From a virus, in IMG/VR virus record IMGVR_UViG_3300045988_139196: DNA of 64,000 nucleotides; one strand, 5' to 3'. Both the position numbers and the translations under genes were made by a program. The notes beneath the pieces are model-generated. The model had not been told where the DNA came from. It did no database searches and saw only the letters and a program-made list of their open reading frames with translations. Positions 36,008-46,647 of the stretch are shown piece by piece. How positions within the stretch are numbered: position 1 is the stretch's first letter; every line of letters begins with the position of its first letter.

Positions 36008-37099
36008 TTGATTACGCCAAGGAAAAAAGTAAAAACCCCTGTAAGTACAAAAATATGTACAGAATGTGGCAAGGAAAAACCACTGTCACAATTTTATACT
36101 ACTAGAAATAGTAATATTTCTACTGATGGCAAAACGGTAAATATATGTAAGTCTTGTGTTAAAAAGGGTTCTTATAATTCTGATGGAAGCTTAAATATAG
36201 AAGCGTTCCAAAAGAAACTAATGTTAATGGATAAACCATACATACCAGAAGCTCTTGACTCTGCTATGAGTGAAGTAAGAAGATCATTAGAATTGGGCAA
36301 GGGTAGAACCGATATTATAGGCTGTTATTTTAAGAATGTGTCAACATTGCCACAGTATACGAAATTATCTTTTTTGGACTCTATGAATTTGTTTAATCAA
36401 GGCAAGTCTATTACTGAGGCAGTAACTACAACGGAAAAACGCAATATACTTCCTCGAAACGAAGAAGTATATGTAAATATGGTTGATGATTTTGTTGTTA
36501 CAAACGATATTACCGACTTATTTGGCGAGGGGTACACAAAATCACAGTACCGAAAAATGAAGAAAAAGTTTGATAAATTAAAAGAAAACTACTCAATTCA
36601 AACAAACTTACACGAGGAAGCTTTAGCAACCTATGTTCGTTTTAAGGTGAAAGAGGAAGAAGCCACAGCAGCAGGAGATGTTGGAAGTGCTGACAAATGG
36701 AATAGAGCTGCCCAAGATGCTGCTGATAAAGCAAAGTTGACTCCAAAACAATTAACGCAGGCTGATTTGCAAGGTGGAGTAACTTGCATTTCGGAAATAT
36801 CAAAAGCTTGTGAACAAGCGGTTGATATTGTTGAAATATTACCTAAGTTTAAGTACCAACCTAACGATGCTCCTGATTTTATAATATGGTGCTATATTAA
36901 CTATGCTAGAAAATTAAAAGGATTACCTAAGTGTGAGTATAAGGAAGTGTACCAATTTTATGACGACATGAAGAATGAGTACATTTCTCAGTATGGAGAT
37001 CCCTATGGTATTTTTACTGATGATACATCGGAAAAAAATAGGAGTTCTGTTGAAACGTTTATAAAACTGCCAAAAGATTATGAGAATGGTGACAAGTAA
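36008..37099 (+). CDS. Zn-ribbon protein, candidate small terminase subunit (by position)
   Basis: CTECGK..CKSC near the N-terminus. Lies immediately upstream of the large terminase and overlaps it. TTG start after GGAGGTGG. Confidence 0.35.
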   Translation: MITPRKKVKTPVSTKICTECGKEKPLSQFYTTRNSNISTDGKTVNICKSCVKKGSYNSDGSLNIEAFQKKLMLMDKPYIPEALDSAMSEVRRSLELGKGRTDIIGCYFKNVSTLPQYTKLSFLDSMNLFNQGKSITEAVTTTEKRNILPRNEEVYVNMVDDFVVTNDITDLFGEGYTKSQYRKMKKKFDKLKENYSIQTNLHEEALATYVRFKVKEEEATAAGDVGSADKWNRAAQDAADKAKLTPKQLTQADLQGGVTCISEISKACEQAVDIVEILPKFKYQPNDAPDFIIWCYINYARKLKGLPKCEYKEVYQFYDDMKNEYISQYGDPYGIFTDDTSEKNRSSVETFIKLPKDYENGDK

Positions 37100-40077
37100 T
37101 GAACTGGCAAAGAATAAAAGATTTTGAAAAAAATAGTGATAGTGTATTTGGCAAAAATCTACATAATTATTACACTTTTATAAGTTGGGCTAAGTGGTAT
37201 CCTGATTTATTACTCGACTTAATGAAACCTGAAACAGGTGGGTTAAATCTGCATTTAGATCAACGCATATTTTTGCGTTGTGACGTTAGATTTATGAGTA
37301 TGTATGGAACGTTTAGCCGTGGATATGGTAAATGCGTAAGTGGAGACACTATGTTATTTACCGATGAGGGTATTAAAGAGATTGGTGAATATTTTAATTA
37401 TCAAAATAACGATGTAGAAACCTATTATCCTACACACGCAAGGGTTGTAAATAGATATGGTAACTTAGAATGTTCAACTTTAGGTCTTTATAATGGTAGA
37501 AAAAATACTATAAAACTGACAGATAGTAAAGGTTATTCTATAACAGCCACCCCTAATCATAGAGTACTTGTTATGAAATCAAATGGAAGTGTAGATTTTG
37601 TAAAAACAGAAGATATAAAGATTGGCGATTATTTGGTTATTAATCGCAAAAATAATATCTGGGGTAATAATAATAAAGTTGAATATAAAAATGAAATTGG
37701 TGCATATGTAGAAAGCTTATCTCAACAATCACGTTCACATTTGAATATCAGAGCAATGCCAGATGGAATTACATCTCAATTAGCATTGATTTATGGATAT
37801 TTGATTGGAGACGGTTGTATGACTTCAAAAAATACAATTATCTTTACTAATATAGGTGATGAGATATTAGACAAGTTTAAAAATATTACGCAGAAATATT
37901 TTAACGTTGATGTCAAAAAAAGAAGTGACAATAATTACGACTATGAAATTAATGACACTTATTTAAGAAAATATCTCGAAATTATAGGATTTGATTATAG
38001 TAGATCATATGATAAAAAAGTACCTAAATCTATAATGGTAGCTAGTAAAGATGTTGTGTCAGCATTTTTACAAGGCTTATTTGACACAGATGGTACAGTA
38101 GACAATAAAATTATATCTTTAACAACAGTGTCGGAAAAGTTGGCAAATCAAGTTCATTTTTTATTACTGAATTTTGGTATTGTTTCTAAACTAAGTATTA
38201 AGAAAACAAAAAGTAAATTTGGTAAAGCATATCAAATTTGCATATCGGGGAACGATGTTGGTATTTTTAAATCTGAAATTGGTTTTGGTTTAAAGAAAAA
38301 GGCTGATAAACTTGATAAGTTGTGCAATAAAAAACATAACACAAATACAGACATAATACCATATCAGAACGAATTAGTTAAATCTGTACTTAATGAATTG
38401 AATTTACATTGGAGCGTTTCAAGGGAGTTCAATCATATTACAAGTGGAGAATGTGATTTAACGTATTCTAAATTAGATAGGTTAATTGCTCTATTGAACG
38501 AAAAGGGAGTTGCAAATAACACTTTAAACGAGTTGTATGCAACTCATTATTTTTATAGTCCTGTTGTTAATATTGAACATACTGTTTCAGATACATATGA
38601 TTTTCATTTACCTCAAACACATTCATTTGTGAGTAATGGAATTATAAGTCATAACACATTTGACGAGGTACTTGCTATGGTCGTAGTAGCAATGCTGTTC
38701 CCAAATATTGAATTGGCTCTTTCTGCGCAGACTAAAGAAAATGCGGCAGATTTATTGAAATCAAAGTGGAATGAAATTGTAAAATTATATCCACTTTTAA
38801 AGGACGAAATAAGAGAAGCTAGGTTTTCAAAGGGAAATGCTTATATTGAATTTAAAAATGATGCGACCATAGATGCTATTGCAAATGCTCAAAGCACAAA
38901 GGGTCAAAGACGTAGAAGGTTAAAAATAGAGGAATCCGCATTGCTAAATAATGCACTGTTTCAAGATGCTCTTGAGCCTGTAGTTGAAGTTCCAAGACTT
39001 ACGGTTGGCAGACTTGCGATAGTAGACCCAATGGAACTTAATCAGCAAATTCATTTTTTTACAACGGCAGGATTTAGGGGTTCAGACGAATATCAGCGTA
39101 GTATTTCAATGTTAGATGATATGGAAAATCTAAAGGGAAAAATAGTTTTGGGAAGCAACTGGCAACTTCCGTGTTGGTATGGTAGGGGAAGTAATAAAAG
39201 CAAAATACTTTCAAAGAAGAAAAATTCTTCTGTTGTAGCCTTCGCCCAGAACTATGAACAAGAATGGGTCGGCTGTGCTGACGGTGCGTTGGTTAATATT
39301 AATAAACTAATGAATTGCCGTACTCTAACGGAAGCGGTTTTACAAAATCCAGATCCAGAACAAGAATATTATATGGGTGTTGACGTGGCAAGAAGCCAAA
39401 AAACTTCTAATAACCAATCTTCTATTGCTGTAGTGCGTGTAATTAGAAGTAAGGATAAAGGGAGAATTATTTACATTGATGTGGTGAATATCATTAATAT
39501 TCCTAACGTACTTAATTTTAATGCCCAAGCTGCTATTATCAAAAAAGTTCAAAAACTTTATATGGCTAAAGTAGTTGTATTAGATGCTAATGGACTTGGT
39601 GTTGGATTGGCTGATGAACTTTTAAAAGACACGATTGACAATTCTACAGGTAAGGACTTGGGCTGTTGGGACACTATTAATGACGATAATGTTCCAGAAG
39701 TTCCTAACTCACCACAAATACTTTACAATATGAAAGCTCAGACTTGGCAAAATGAAATTGTAAGCACTTTTATAGATATGGTGGATAGTGGCAAACTTAG
39801 ATTGCTGGAAAAAAGACAAGATAATGATTTTACCGATAATGAATGGGATAGTTTTGACGAGAAAGTTAGACCTTTTATTGAGACAGATGCTTTTATTGAA
39901 GAAGCTGCGAATTTAAAGATGAAACATCTTAATAACGGCAACATTACTATTGAACAAGTTGTAAAAAAAGTAAATAAGGATAGAGTTTCGGCATTGATCT
40001 ATGTGTTGTGGTACGTTAATAAATATGCTCAAGACATAAATAACGATGAATACGATTATTGTTGTTTATTCAATTAA
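37099..40077 (+). CDS. terL: terminase large subunit, interrupted by an intein in the Walker A loop
   Basis: The exteins join as FSRGYGK|TFDEVLAMV, giving a P-loop GYGKT. Walker B-like LKIEES follows, then a nuclease-domain-sized C-terminus. Size without the intein is 551 aa. Confidence 0.75.
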   Translation: MNWQRIKDFEKNSDSVFGKNLHNYYTFISWAKWYPDLLLDLMKPETGGLNLHLDQRIFLRCDVRFMSMYGTFSRGYGKCVSGDTMLFTDEGIKEIGEYFNYQNNDVETYYPTHARVVNRYGNLECSTLGLYNGRKNTIKLTDSKGYSITATPNHRVLVMKSNGSVDFVKTEDIKIGDYLVINRKNNIWGNNNKVEYKNEIGAYVESLSQQSRSHLNIRAMPDGITSQLALIYGYLIGDGCMTSKNTIIFTNIGDEILDKFKNITQKYFNVDVKKRSDNNYDYEINDTYLRKYLEIIGFDYSRSYDKKVPKSIMVASKDVVSAFLQGLFDTDGTVDNKIISLTTVSEKLANQVHFLLLNFGIVSKLSIKKTKSKFGKAYQICISGNDVGIFKSEIGFGLKKKADKLDKLCNKKHNTNTDIIPYQNELVKSVLNELNLHWSVSREFNHITSGECDLTYSKLDRLIALLNEKGVANNTLNELYATHYFYSPVVNIEHTVSDTYDFHLPQTHSFVSNGIISHNTFDEVLAMVVVAMLFPNIELALSAQTKENAADLLKSKWNEIVKLYPLLKDEIREARFSKGNAYIEFKNDATIDAIANAQSTKGQRRRRLKIEESALLNNALFQDALEPVVEVPRLTVGRLAIVDPMELNQQIHFFTTAGFRGSDEYQRSISMLDDMENLKGKIVLGSNWQLPCWYGRGSNKSKILSKKKNSSVVAFAQNYEQEWVGCADGALVNINKLMNCRTLTEAVLQNPDPEQEYYMGVDVARSQKTSNNQSSIAVVRVIRSKDKGRIIYIDVVNIINIPNVLNFNAQAAIIKKVQKLYMAKVVVLDANGLGVGLADELLKDTIDNSTGKDLGCWDTINDDNVPEVPNSPQILYNMKAQTWQNEIVSTFIDMVDSGKLRLLEKRQDNDFTDNEWDSFDEKVRPFIETDAFIEEAANLKMKHLNNGNITIEQVVKKVNKDRVSALIYVLWYVNKYAQDINNDEYDYCCLFN
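37333..38655 (+). mobile_element. 441-aa intein with a LAGLIDADG homing endonuclease domain
   Basis: Starts CVSGDTMLFT (Cys1), block B is TPNHRVLV, LAGLIDADG motifs are LIYGYLIGDGCM and FLQGLFDTDGTV, and it ends FVSNGIISHN followed by the +1 Thr. Confidence 0.8.
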
Positions 40078-40107
40078 TGCAAATACAAACGAAAGTGAGG
40101 TGAGGCT

Positions 40108-41769
40108 ATGCCTGAGAATATTGCAGAGAATACTGAGAATGTTATTGAAAACAATCAAGATAAAACAGAAAGTGCTTCAGAAACTAGCTCCATGTCAAAT
40201 ACGCAAGAGCGTTCCTATGAGTCAAATGCTTTTTATGAAATGACATCTGTTTGGGAAGATTGTATTGAAGATTTACCTATCGATATTGAGGATATTAAGA
40301 AATTTGCTCATAATCCGCAAATACATATAAAAAATATTCGCAAAATTTGTCGGTGGGCGTATTATGAAAATGGCTCTGTTATGACTTCTATCAACTATCT
40401 TAAAACCATGTTCACGTTAGATAAGGTGGTTTATTCAAAGTCAAAGACTAAACGCAAGAAGAAATTTGAAAATGCAAGACAGTTAATGCAACAAACTCTT
40501 GACACAATAAGATATAAGGAAGTTATTCGAGATAATTTGTTTAACGATATGATTGAGGGAATGGACTTTAAATACTTTGAGATTACAAAGTCCGTATTCG
40601 CTGACAAGTATCTTGATGACATTGATACTTTAAACATTGTAGAGATTAATGAACTGGGAGTTAAATGTGCCGTTATTAATTTGCCTGTTGACTATTGCCG
40701 TATAGTTGGCAGAAAGAATGGCTCACCTATTGTTGCTTTTGATTTAAGATATTTTGACGATATGGCAGAAGATGACAAAAGAAGAAAACTACAGGCTTTT
40801 CCAAGAGAAATTCGAGAAGCATATAGTAAATATTCAATTCACAATAATATTAAGTCATGGAAAGTTTTAAATAATGATAATACAATGGTAACAAAAATTA
40901 ACTGTAAGGCTATTAATCCTTATGGTGTTCCACTAATGATTTGTGCGTTGGACGATGTATTGTATGCAGATTATTTCACTTCTACAAAGCGGAATGTATT
41001 AGATCAGTTGAACAATCAAATTATTTATCAAACATTTCCTGAAGCAAAGGACGGACGTTGCACTTTGACGGAAAGCCAGCAGAAAAACCAACATAAAGTA
41101 GTTAAAGATGCTATTACTACAAGACAAAATAAATATGGCAAGTCATTTTTCTCACTTGCCGCAGGTACAAAATTAAATGACATAAAAGTTGACACTTCTA
41201 TTTTTGATGAAAAGAATGAAAATGCCAATAAATCAAAAGTGCCTGCCGATTTAGGTATTGCTAGTAGTGTCCTTGACGGTAATAGTACAGGAAACTATGC
41301 TGTTGCAACACTTAATTTGGAGTTGGTTGCAGGAAACGTATATGATTGGATAAATATGTTTATTATGGAATTGAATAAATGTATTAATGCCAATATTATT
41401 AAGGATAAAAAGCTTTATATGGAGTGTGCTATTTTACCTGTTACTTTTGTAAATAGAGATAAACAGGTTAAATATATGACCGACCTTTATGCTAGAGGTA
41501 AGGGGTCTTTGACGGCTTGGATTGCAAGCACTGGTTGGGATAGCGATGTATACTTGTCGCTTATGGATTATGAACTTGATAATGATTGGGAAAATAAATA
41601 TCCAACGCATAAGACGAGTTATACCATGAGTAGCAAAGACAACGACCCAAGTGATGCAGACCACTCAAATGGTGGTAGAAGTAAGGTAGCTGAAAAGACA
41701 AACGAAAATAGCATAATGAGCGAAAATCTAAATGGAAACGCTCAACCAAAACCTTCAACAACAAACTAA
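40108..41769 (+). CDS. portal protein (by position and size)
   Basis: 553 aa, directly downstream of terL, with acidic termini. No motif verified. Confidence 0.5.
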   Translation: MPENIAENTENVIENNQDKTESASETSSMSNTQERSYESNAFYEMTSVWEDCIEDLPIDIEDIKKFAHNPQIHIKNIRKICRWAYYENGSVMTSINYLKTMFTLDKVVYSKSKTKRKKKFENARQLMQQTLDTIRYKEVIRDNLFNDMIEGMDFKYFEITKSVFADKYLDDIDTLNIVEINELGVKCAVINLPVDYCRIVGRKNGSPIVAFDLRYFDDMAEDDKRRKLQAFPREIREAYSKYSIHNNIKSWKVLNNDNTMVTKINCKAINPYGVPLMICALDDVLYADYFTSTKRNVLDQLNNQIIYQTFPEAKDGRCTLTESQQKNQHKVVKDAITTRQNKYGKSFFSLAAGTKLNDIKVDTSIFDEKNENANKSKVPADLGIASSVLDGNSTGNYAVATLNLELVAGNVYDWINMFIMELNKCINANIIKDKKLYMECAILPVTFVNRDKQVKYMTDLYARGKGSLTAWIASTGWDSDVYLSLMDYELDNDWENKYPTHKTSYTMSSKDNDPSDADHSNGGRSKVAEKTNENSIMSENLNGNAQPKPSTTN

Positions 41770-41827
41770 AACCTAAGTTGCGTTTAGTGACTAGGTTTAT
41801 TTTATGTCAGAAAAGAGGTGAAAGTTA

Positions 41828-42979
41828 GTGTTTCATTGTGAAATAAGCGAAGCAAAGAGGTCGGACGGTCGCAGACGTGTAAAGTTGGTACTACACGAAA
41901 TTCATCAAGACCGTAATCACTATAACAAAAATGGTATTAGTTACAATGAGCAATATGTTAGAGATAACGCAGATAGTATTATTGGTATGCCTATTTGTGC
42001 AACATTTTTGGATAGTGAAAAAGATATTCCATACGACCATGGAATGACAGGTCAAGACGGCAATATGCCATTATTTGAAAATTCTGTTCAAGTAGGTTCT
42101 GCTGATGGTTGGTCTATTGAAGATATTCAGATTAATGGTGAGAAACATAAAGTTCTTATTGCCGAGGGTTATATTAATCAGCAACGTTATCCACATTTTG
42201 TTGAATGGCTTGAAAACAAAATCAATGATGGTGATACAATATATGGTTCTGTTGAGTTCGTTGGTAAGGGCAAAAATAAAATAGTGTATGACGGAGAGCC
42301 TGTCGAAAAAGGTAGAGTACCAAAAGTTTATGACTATAGTGGATATTGCATTTTAACTGTCGAGCCAAGTGACGATAGTGCAATACTGATAGAACTAAAT
42401 CAAAAGATAAAGGAGGACGAGAAAGTGGACGAAAAGACACTTAATCAGATTATTTCTGCTGTTGAGAATAAGATTACTGAACTCAATACTAAAAATGCAG
42501 ATTATGAGAGTAAGATTGCTGAAATGAATGAGATTATATCTACAAAAGATGCCGAGATAGCAACTCTTACAGATGAAAAGGCAACAGCCGAAACAAATGC
42601 TTGTCAGAAAGACGAGAAGATTAATGAGCTTAACGGACTCGTTGAAACAATGAAAGCAGAATTGAATGAACTTAAAAAGTCTGCAAAGATTGCAGAACTC
42701 AATTCAGCTCTTGGAGATTTTTCAGACGATGAAAAGAACATGGCAAAGGATAAGCTTGACAAGTTCAACGCAGATCCTATGGGTTGTGGTATCGAGGTAA
42801 ACGATATTGTTACAGAAATCAACGCTTGCATTGGTGCTGAAACAAAGAAGAAGGAAAAGGCAATGGCTGTTGAGATTAATTCTCAGAACAATTTTGCCGC
42901 TGACATATTTGGTTGCGTAGATACCGACAACGATGATGATAAGAATGACAAACTCGATATTGATAATCTGTTTGTATAA
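41828..42979 (+). CDS. scaffolding-like protein (globular N-terminal domain plus long acidic coiled coil)
   Basis: C-terminal half is heptad-rich and acidic (KITELNTKNADYESKIAEMNEIISTKDAEIATLTDEK...). Lies between the portal and capsid genes. Confidence 0.4.
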   Translation: MFHCEISEAKRSDGRRRVKLVLHEIHQDRNHYNKNGISYNEQYVRDNADSIIGMPICATFLDSEKDIPYDHGMTGQDGNMPLFENSVQVGSADGWSIEDIQINGEKHKVLIAEGYINQQRYPHFVEWLENKINDGDTIYGSVEFVGKGKNKIVYDGEPVEKGRVPKVYDYSGYCILTVEPSDDSAILIELNQKIKEDEKVDEKTLNQIISAVENKITELNTKNADYESKIAEMNEIISTKDAEIATLTDEKATAETNACQKDEKINELNGLVETMKAELNELKKSAKIAELNSALGDFSDDEKNMAKDKLDKFNADPMGCGIEVNDIVTEINACIGAETKKKEKAMAVEINSQNNFAADIFGCVDTDNDDDKNDKLDIDNLFV

Positions 42980-43003
42980 AAAATACGATTGGAGGAATTT
43001 TAA

Positions 43004-43462
43004 ATGATTAAATTTGCAAATATTGGTGATTTCAAGGTAGCGCAGAATTTTGGCTATCTCAAGACACCTGTTGTTCTTGAGAACGGCATGGCTGTTACAT
43101 ATGATCTTAAAACAAAGGCTGTTGCTCTGCCAACTGCAACAATGGCAAAGCAGGCTGGTCTTGCAGTTGTAATGAACAGAATTGATAAGCCTGAGACACT
43201 CACACCAAACGATTATAGAATTGAGATTGGTGAGTTTCCACGCATTTTTACTCTTGCTTCTCTTGCAGGACATCTTTTTGATATGGACGATGCAGTTGTA
43301 ACAACAGCTTATAATACACTCGCAGTAGGTAACAAGCTTGTCGTTGGTACTGACGGTAAGTGGGTTAAGAGTGCTGATGTTTCTGGTTATGCAGAGTATC
43401 TTGAAATTGTGGAAAAGACAAGTTTTGGCGGTAACGGACTTAGAGTCGTTGTACACGCTTAA
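43004..43462 (+). CDS. head-associated protein (decoration or auxiliary capsid protein?)
   Basis: Lies directly upstream of the major capsid candidate and has similar highly expressed-looking codon usage. Confidence 0.35.
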   Translation: MIKFANIGDFKVAQNFGYLKTPVVLENGMAVTYDLKTKAVALPTATMAKQAGLAVVMNRIDKPETLTPNDYRIEIGEFPRIFTLASLAGHLFDMDDAVVTTAYNTLAVGNKLVVGTDGKWVKSADVSGYAEYLEIVEKTSFGGNGLRVVVHA

Positions 43463-43497
43463 TTAATGAATGTAAAATAAAGGACGGTGTTTTAATA

Positions 43498-44592
43498 ATG
43501 ATTAATACTTCTTTTGAACTTAATAATCTGAATAAGTCTGAGGTTGCTGTCAAGAACGCAAAGGCTTTCAACGAAGTAGTTGAGATTTGTTCTGCTCTTT
43601 TTGCAGGCAAAGATACATCAAAGTACGGTCAGAAGGTAGACGCAGTACGTTCAAGAATTTCAAAGCTTGGTGAGCAGGCACTTGCAGGCGATAGTAGAGC
43701 AGTTGCAGAGATTAATACCATTGTAAAGTATATTATACAGCCAAGGCTTCTTGAGGCAACGAAGGTATTTAATTTCCTTGGTAATTATCGTGAGATTGGC
43801 TATGATGAGCAGCCAAGAATTAAGACTTATTCTTATGAGGGTCTTGATGCTAGACTTCAGGCTTCTGGTTCTGATGTAGGTTTTGCAGGTAGAAAGTGGG
43901 TAGAGTACCCAATCGTAACTCAGACAATTTCTTCTGGTATGGCTATTGATTATCGTGAGCTTGCTTCTGGTAATTTTGCTGGTACTGTAGCAGAGGAAAT
44001 GGCACAGGTACAGACCGACATGAACAACAAGGGTGTTGCTTATGTATTTGATGTTATCAAGTCTGCACTGAAGAACAACACTGAATATGTAAAGTTCTAT
44101 GGCGAGTATGACTCTGCTCCAACTCAGGCACAGGTTGATGGCATGATAAATAAGGTTAGAAAGCTTGGCAAGGTTGGTATTGCAGGTGACTTCTCACTTA
44201 TTTCTGGTATCTGCGATTGGAACGGTTATAAGACAGTTGGTTCTACACCAATCCCATTCTTCAATGCTACACAGGTAGATGAGATTGCAAGAACAGGTCT
44301 GAATGGCTTCTATAAGGGTTCAGCTCTTATTGAGCTTGAGAACCCTTATAACTTCACAAAGCCACTTGCTGATAAGTCAGGTTTTGACACATACTACAAT
44401 CCTAATGATCTGTGGTTTATTGCACAGGGAGCAAATTCTCCAGTAAATATCTTCAGACGTGGTGGTATTACAACTATGACAGGCAATGATGTTGAAACAG
44501 GTACAGTAAAGACACGTTTCGATATGGAGCTTGGTGCTGACGTTGTAAAGGGCAGAGAATTTGAAATTGGTCTGCTTACAAAGCAGGGTTAA
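43498..44592 (+). CDS. major capsid protein (by position, size and codon usage)
   Basis: 364 aa, following the scaffold-like gene. Visibly different codon usage (GGT/GCT/CTT-rich) typical of highly expressed late genes. Confidence 0.5.
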   Translation: MINTSFELNNLNKSEVAVKNAKAFNEVVEICSALFAGKDTSKYGQKVDAVRSRISKLGEQALAGDSRAVAEINTIVKYIIQPRLLEATKVFNFLGNYREIGYDEQPRIKTYSYEGLDARLQASGSDVGFAGRKWVEYPIVTQTISSGMAIDYRELASGNFAGTVAEEMAQVQTDMNNKGVAYVFDVIKSALKNNTEYVKFYGEYDSAPTQAQVDGMINKVRKLGKVGIAGDFSLISGICDWNGYKTVGSTPIPFFNATQVDEIARTGLNGFYKGSALIELENPYNFTKPLADKSGFDTYYNPNDLWFIAQGANSPVNIFRRGGITTMTGNDVETGTVKTRFDMELGADVVKGREFEIGLLTKQG

Positions 44593-44670
44593 TTACATAA
44601 TAATTATTGATGTGGCGAGGGTATAAACTCTTGCCACATTATTATTATATTTGAAAGGAAGATTGAAAAT

Positions 44671-45213
44671 TTGGCAAATGTAAGAAAAAATACAACTACT
44701 GCCACAATGAATAACGATATTACAGAAGTAAAGTCTAAAAGGGAAATTCAGCTTACCGATAGAGTATTTTTGGAAAACACTCGTAATTGGGAATTGGGTT
44801 TTAGGGCTGTGGAAACACAAAGAGATATTACTATTCCACCAAATGCAAAGAAATTTGCACAGCTTAATGTTGGAGAGGTTATGGCTCAGATACAGGAAGG
44901 TAATGGAATGTTCTGTGGTACTGACGGCTTTGGCAATAATGCTTATCTGAAAATTCTTGACGAGGATATAAGAAGATACGTTTTTTCACTTGACGAGAGT
45001 GATAATAATGATCCTGTTATTCTTGATATTAACAGTGTAAAGGCACTTCTTGGCATTAGCAATAAGGCTGATTTTATGGCTGAACTCTCAAGACTTGTAG
45101 TTACTGAAGGCGATAAAAAAATGATTATTCCACTTGCCAAAGAAGTTGGAATTGACAATGTGGCAGTTTATAAGCGTAACGAAATAGAAAATATTTCAGG
45201 CTATAAGTTTTAA
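44671..45213 (+). CDS. hypothetical structural-module protein
   Basis: Track ORF with a TTG start after AAAGGAAG. Confidence 0.45.
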   Translation: MANVRKNTTTATMNNDITEVKSKREIQLTDRVFLENTRNWELGFRAVETQRDITIPPNAKKFAQLNVGEVMAQIQEGNGMFCGTDGFGNNAYLKILDEDIRRYVFSLDESDNNDPVILDINSVKALLGISNKADFMAELSRLVVTEGDKKMIIPLAKEVGIDNVAVYKRNEIENISGYKF

Positions 45214-45230
45214 GAAAGGGTGTGGTTAAA

Positions 45231-45638
45231 ATGGCTACTACCTATGAAGATGTGGTCGCTGTTTTTGAGTCCACATTTCTTGAAAGGGTTGCGTTAAGCG
45301 ACGACCTTGTTTTTCAGTGGTTTAAAATGGCTTGTGGCGAGTTTTCAACTCAAATTAGTCAACTTTACTTTAATAATGAGAAAAGAATATTTACTGATAT
45401 TGACGGAAACGATATTGTTTTAAATCAGATAGTTGTTAATATATTGGGCTATACAATAAAGAGATTTTATTGTGAAAGACAATATAGCAAAATTGTCAAA
45501 CGTAGCAACATAGTTTCTAAAGACTTGTCAATAAACAATTCAGAGGGTGACAAAAGACAAGCTAAAGTTGAGATTGATTGGGTGAACTTTAAAATAGTTG
45601 ACCTTTATGAGCAACTTAAAGACACTGCGTATAATTGA
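45231..45638 (+). CDS. hypothetical head-tail connector-region protein
   Basis: Start set at the ATG (MATTYEDV). Confidence 0.45.
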   Translation: MATTYEDVVAVFESTFLERVALSDDLVFQWFKMACGEFSTQISQLYFNNEKRIFTDIDGNDIVLNQIVVNILGYTIKRFYCERQYSKIVKRSNIVSKDLSINNSEGDKRQAKVEIDWVNFKIVDLYEQLKDTAYN

Positions 45639-45647
45639 GGTGGTTGA

Positions 45648-46646
45648 ATGAGTAAAGAATGGTACTTAATTCAGCAACCGTATTATACGGAAGGTTCTGA
45701 AAAACCAGATTTGTTGTTTGATAGTGAAATGTCTTTTAATGACGTTTTAGAGGATAGTGTTATTGAAGATGATATTATTCTGTGCAGTGGAGTGTTTAAC
45801 GGTGAGAATTTTGAAAATGAATTTGCTACAAAGGGCATAATTCAGAATGAAACACCTGACACGCCAACACAAGCTTGGCAAAGACAGGTTTTGACTTATA
45901 TTAGTACAATATCGGACTATAAGTACATTAAATACGATAATAAGATTTGGCTAATATTGACCGAGCCTACAAATAACAAACTGTATGAAAAATCTATTTT
46001 GTATTTGTGTAATTATGTTATTAAGTGGCAAGACGAAAACGGCATAGTTCACTATAAGCCGTGTAATATTCAAAATGCTTCACAGTATAATTCAGGCACA
46101 AATGAGACAAAAATAATTACCATTGGCTACGATCAGTTGATGATGTACATTTCGCTTGACGAGGAAACGAAATATTTTCCTCATGATAAGCGTTTTTTTA
46201 TTGATTATAATGACAAAGAGCCTACACCTTATAGAATTACTAGACCTGATACTGTCAGCTTCTCTTTTGGAAATAGCAGATGTACGCACATTATCTTGTC
46301 AGAGAGTCAATACAATCCGCAGACAGATAGAATTGACCTTATGCTATGTGACTACTTTAAGCCTAATGATGCAACCAAACCTGTTGAAATATCTTACAGT
46401 GGCAATGCAGAAATTCGTTGTGGTGGTACAGTAAAAACATTTACTGCAAAAACAGATAAGAGTGTCACTTGGTCTTTGAAATTACTTGATAAACAACAAG
46501 ATTTTATTACCATGATAGTAAATGAAAATAAGGTAAAGATAAAGTGTTTAAACAACAATGCTTTAATCGGTAGCTCTTTTAAATTGGTTTGTACAGTTGA
46601 TGATGTTTTGTCTGAATTGTTAATTAATATAGTGGGAGGTGTGTAA
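45648..46646 (+). CDS. hypothetical structural-module protein
   Basis: Track ORF with RBS GAGGTGG. Confidence 0.5.
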   Translation: MSKEWYLIQQPYYTEGSEKPDLLFDSEMSFNDVLEDSVIEDDIILCSGVFNGENFENEFATKGIIQNETPDTPTQAWQRQVLTYISTISDYKYIKYDNKIWLILTEPTNNKLYEKSILYLCNYVIKWQDENGIVHYKPCNIQNASQYNSGTNETKIITIGYDQLMMYISLDEETKYFPHDKRFFIDYNDKEPTPYRITRPDTVSFSFGNSRCTHIILSESQYNPQTDRIDLMLCDYFKPNDATKPVEISYSGNAEIRCGGTVKTFTAKTDKSVTWSLKLLDKQQDFITMIVNENKVKIKCLNNNALIGSSFKLVCTVDDVLSELLINIVGGV

Positions 46647-46647
46647 A

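Noticed and set aside
42722-43456. 244-aa minus-strand ORF.
   Set aside because: It is antisense to the scaffold-like and head genes, is Cys, Ile and Asn-rich, and has no RBS. Judged spurious.
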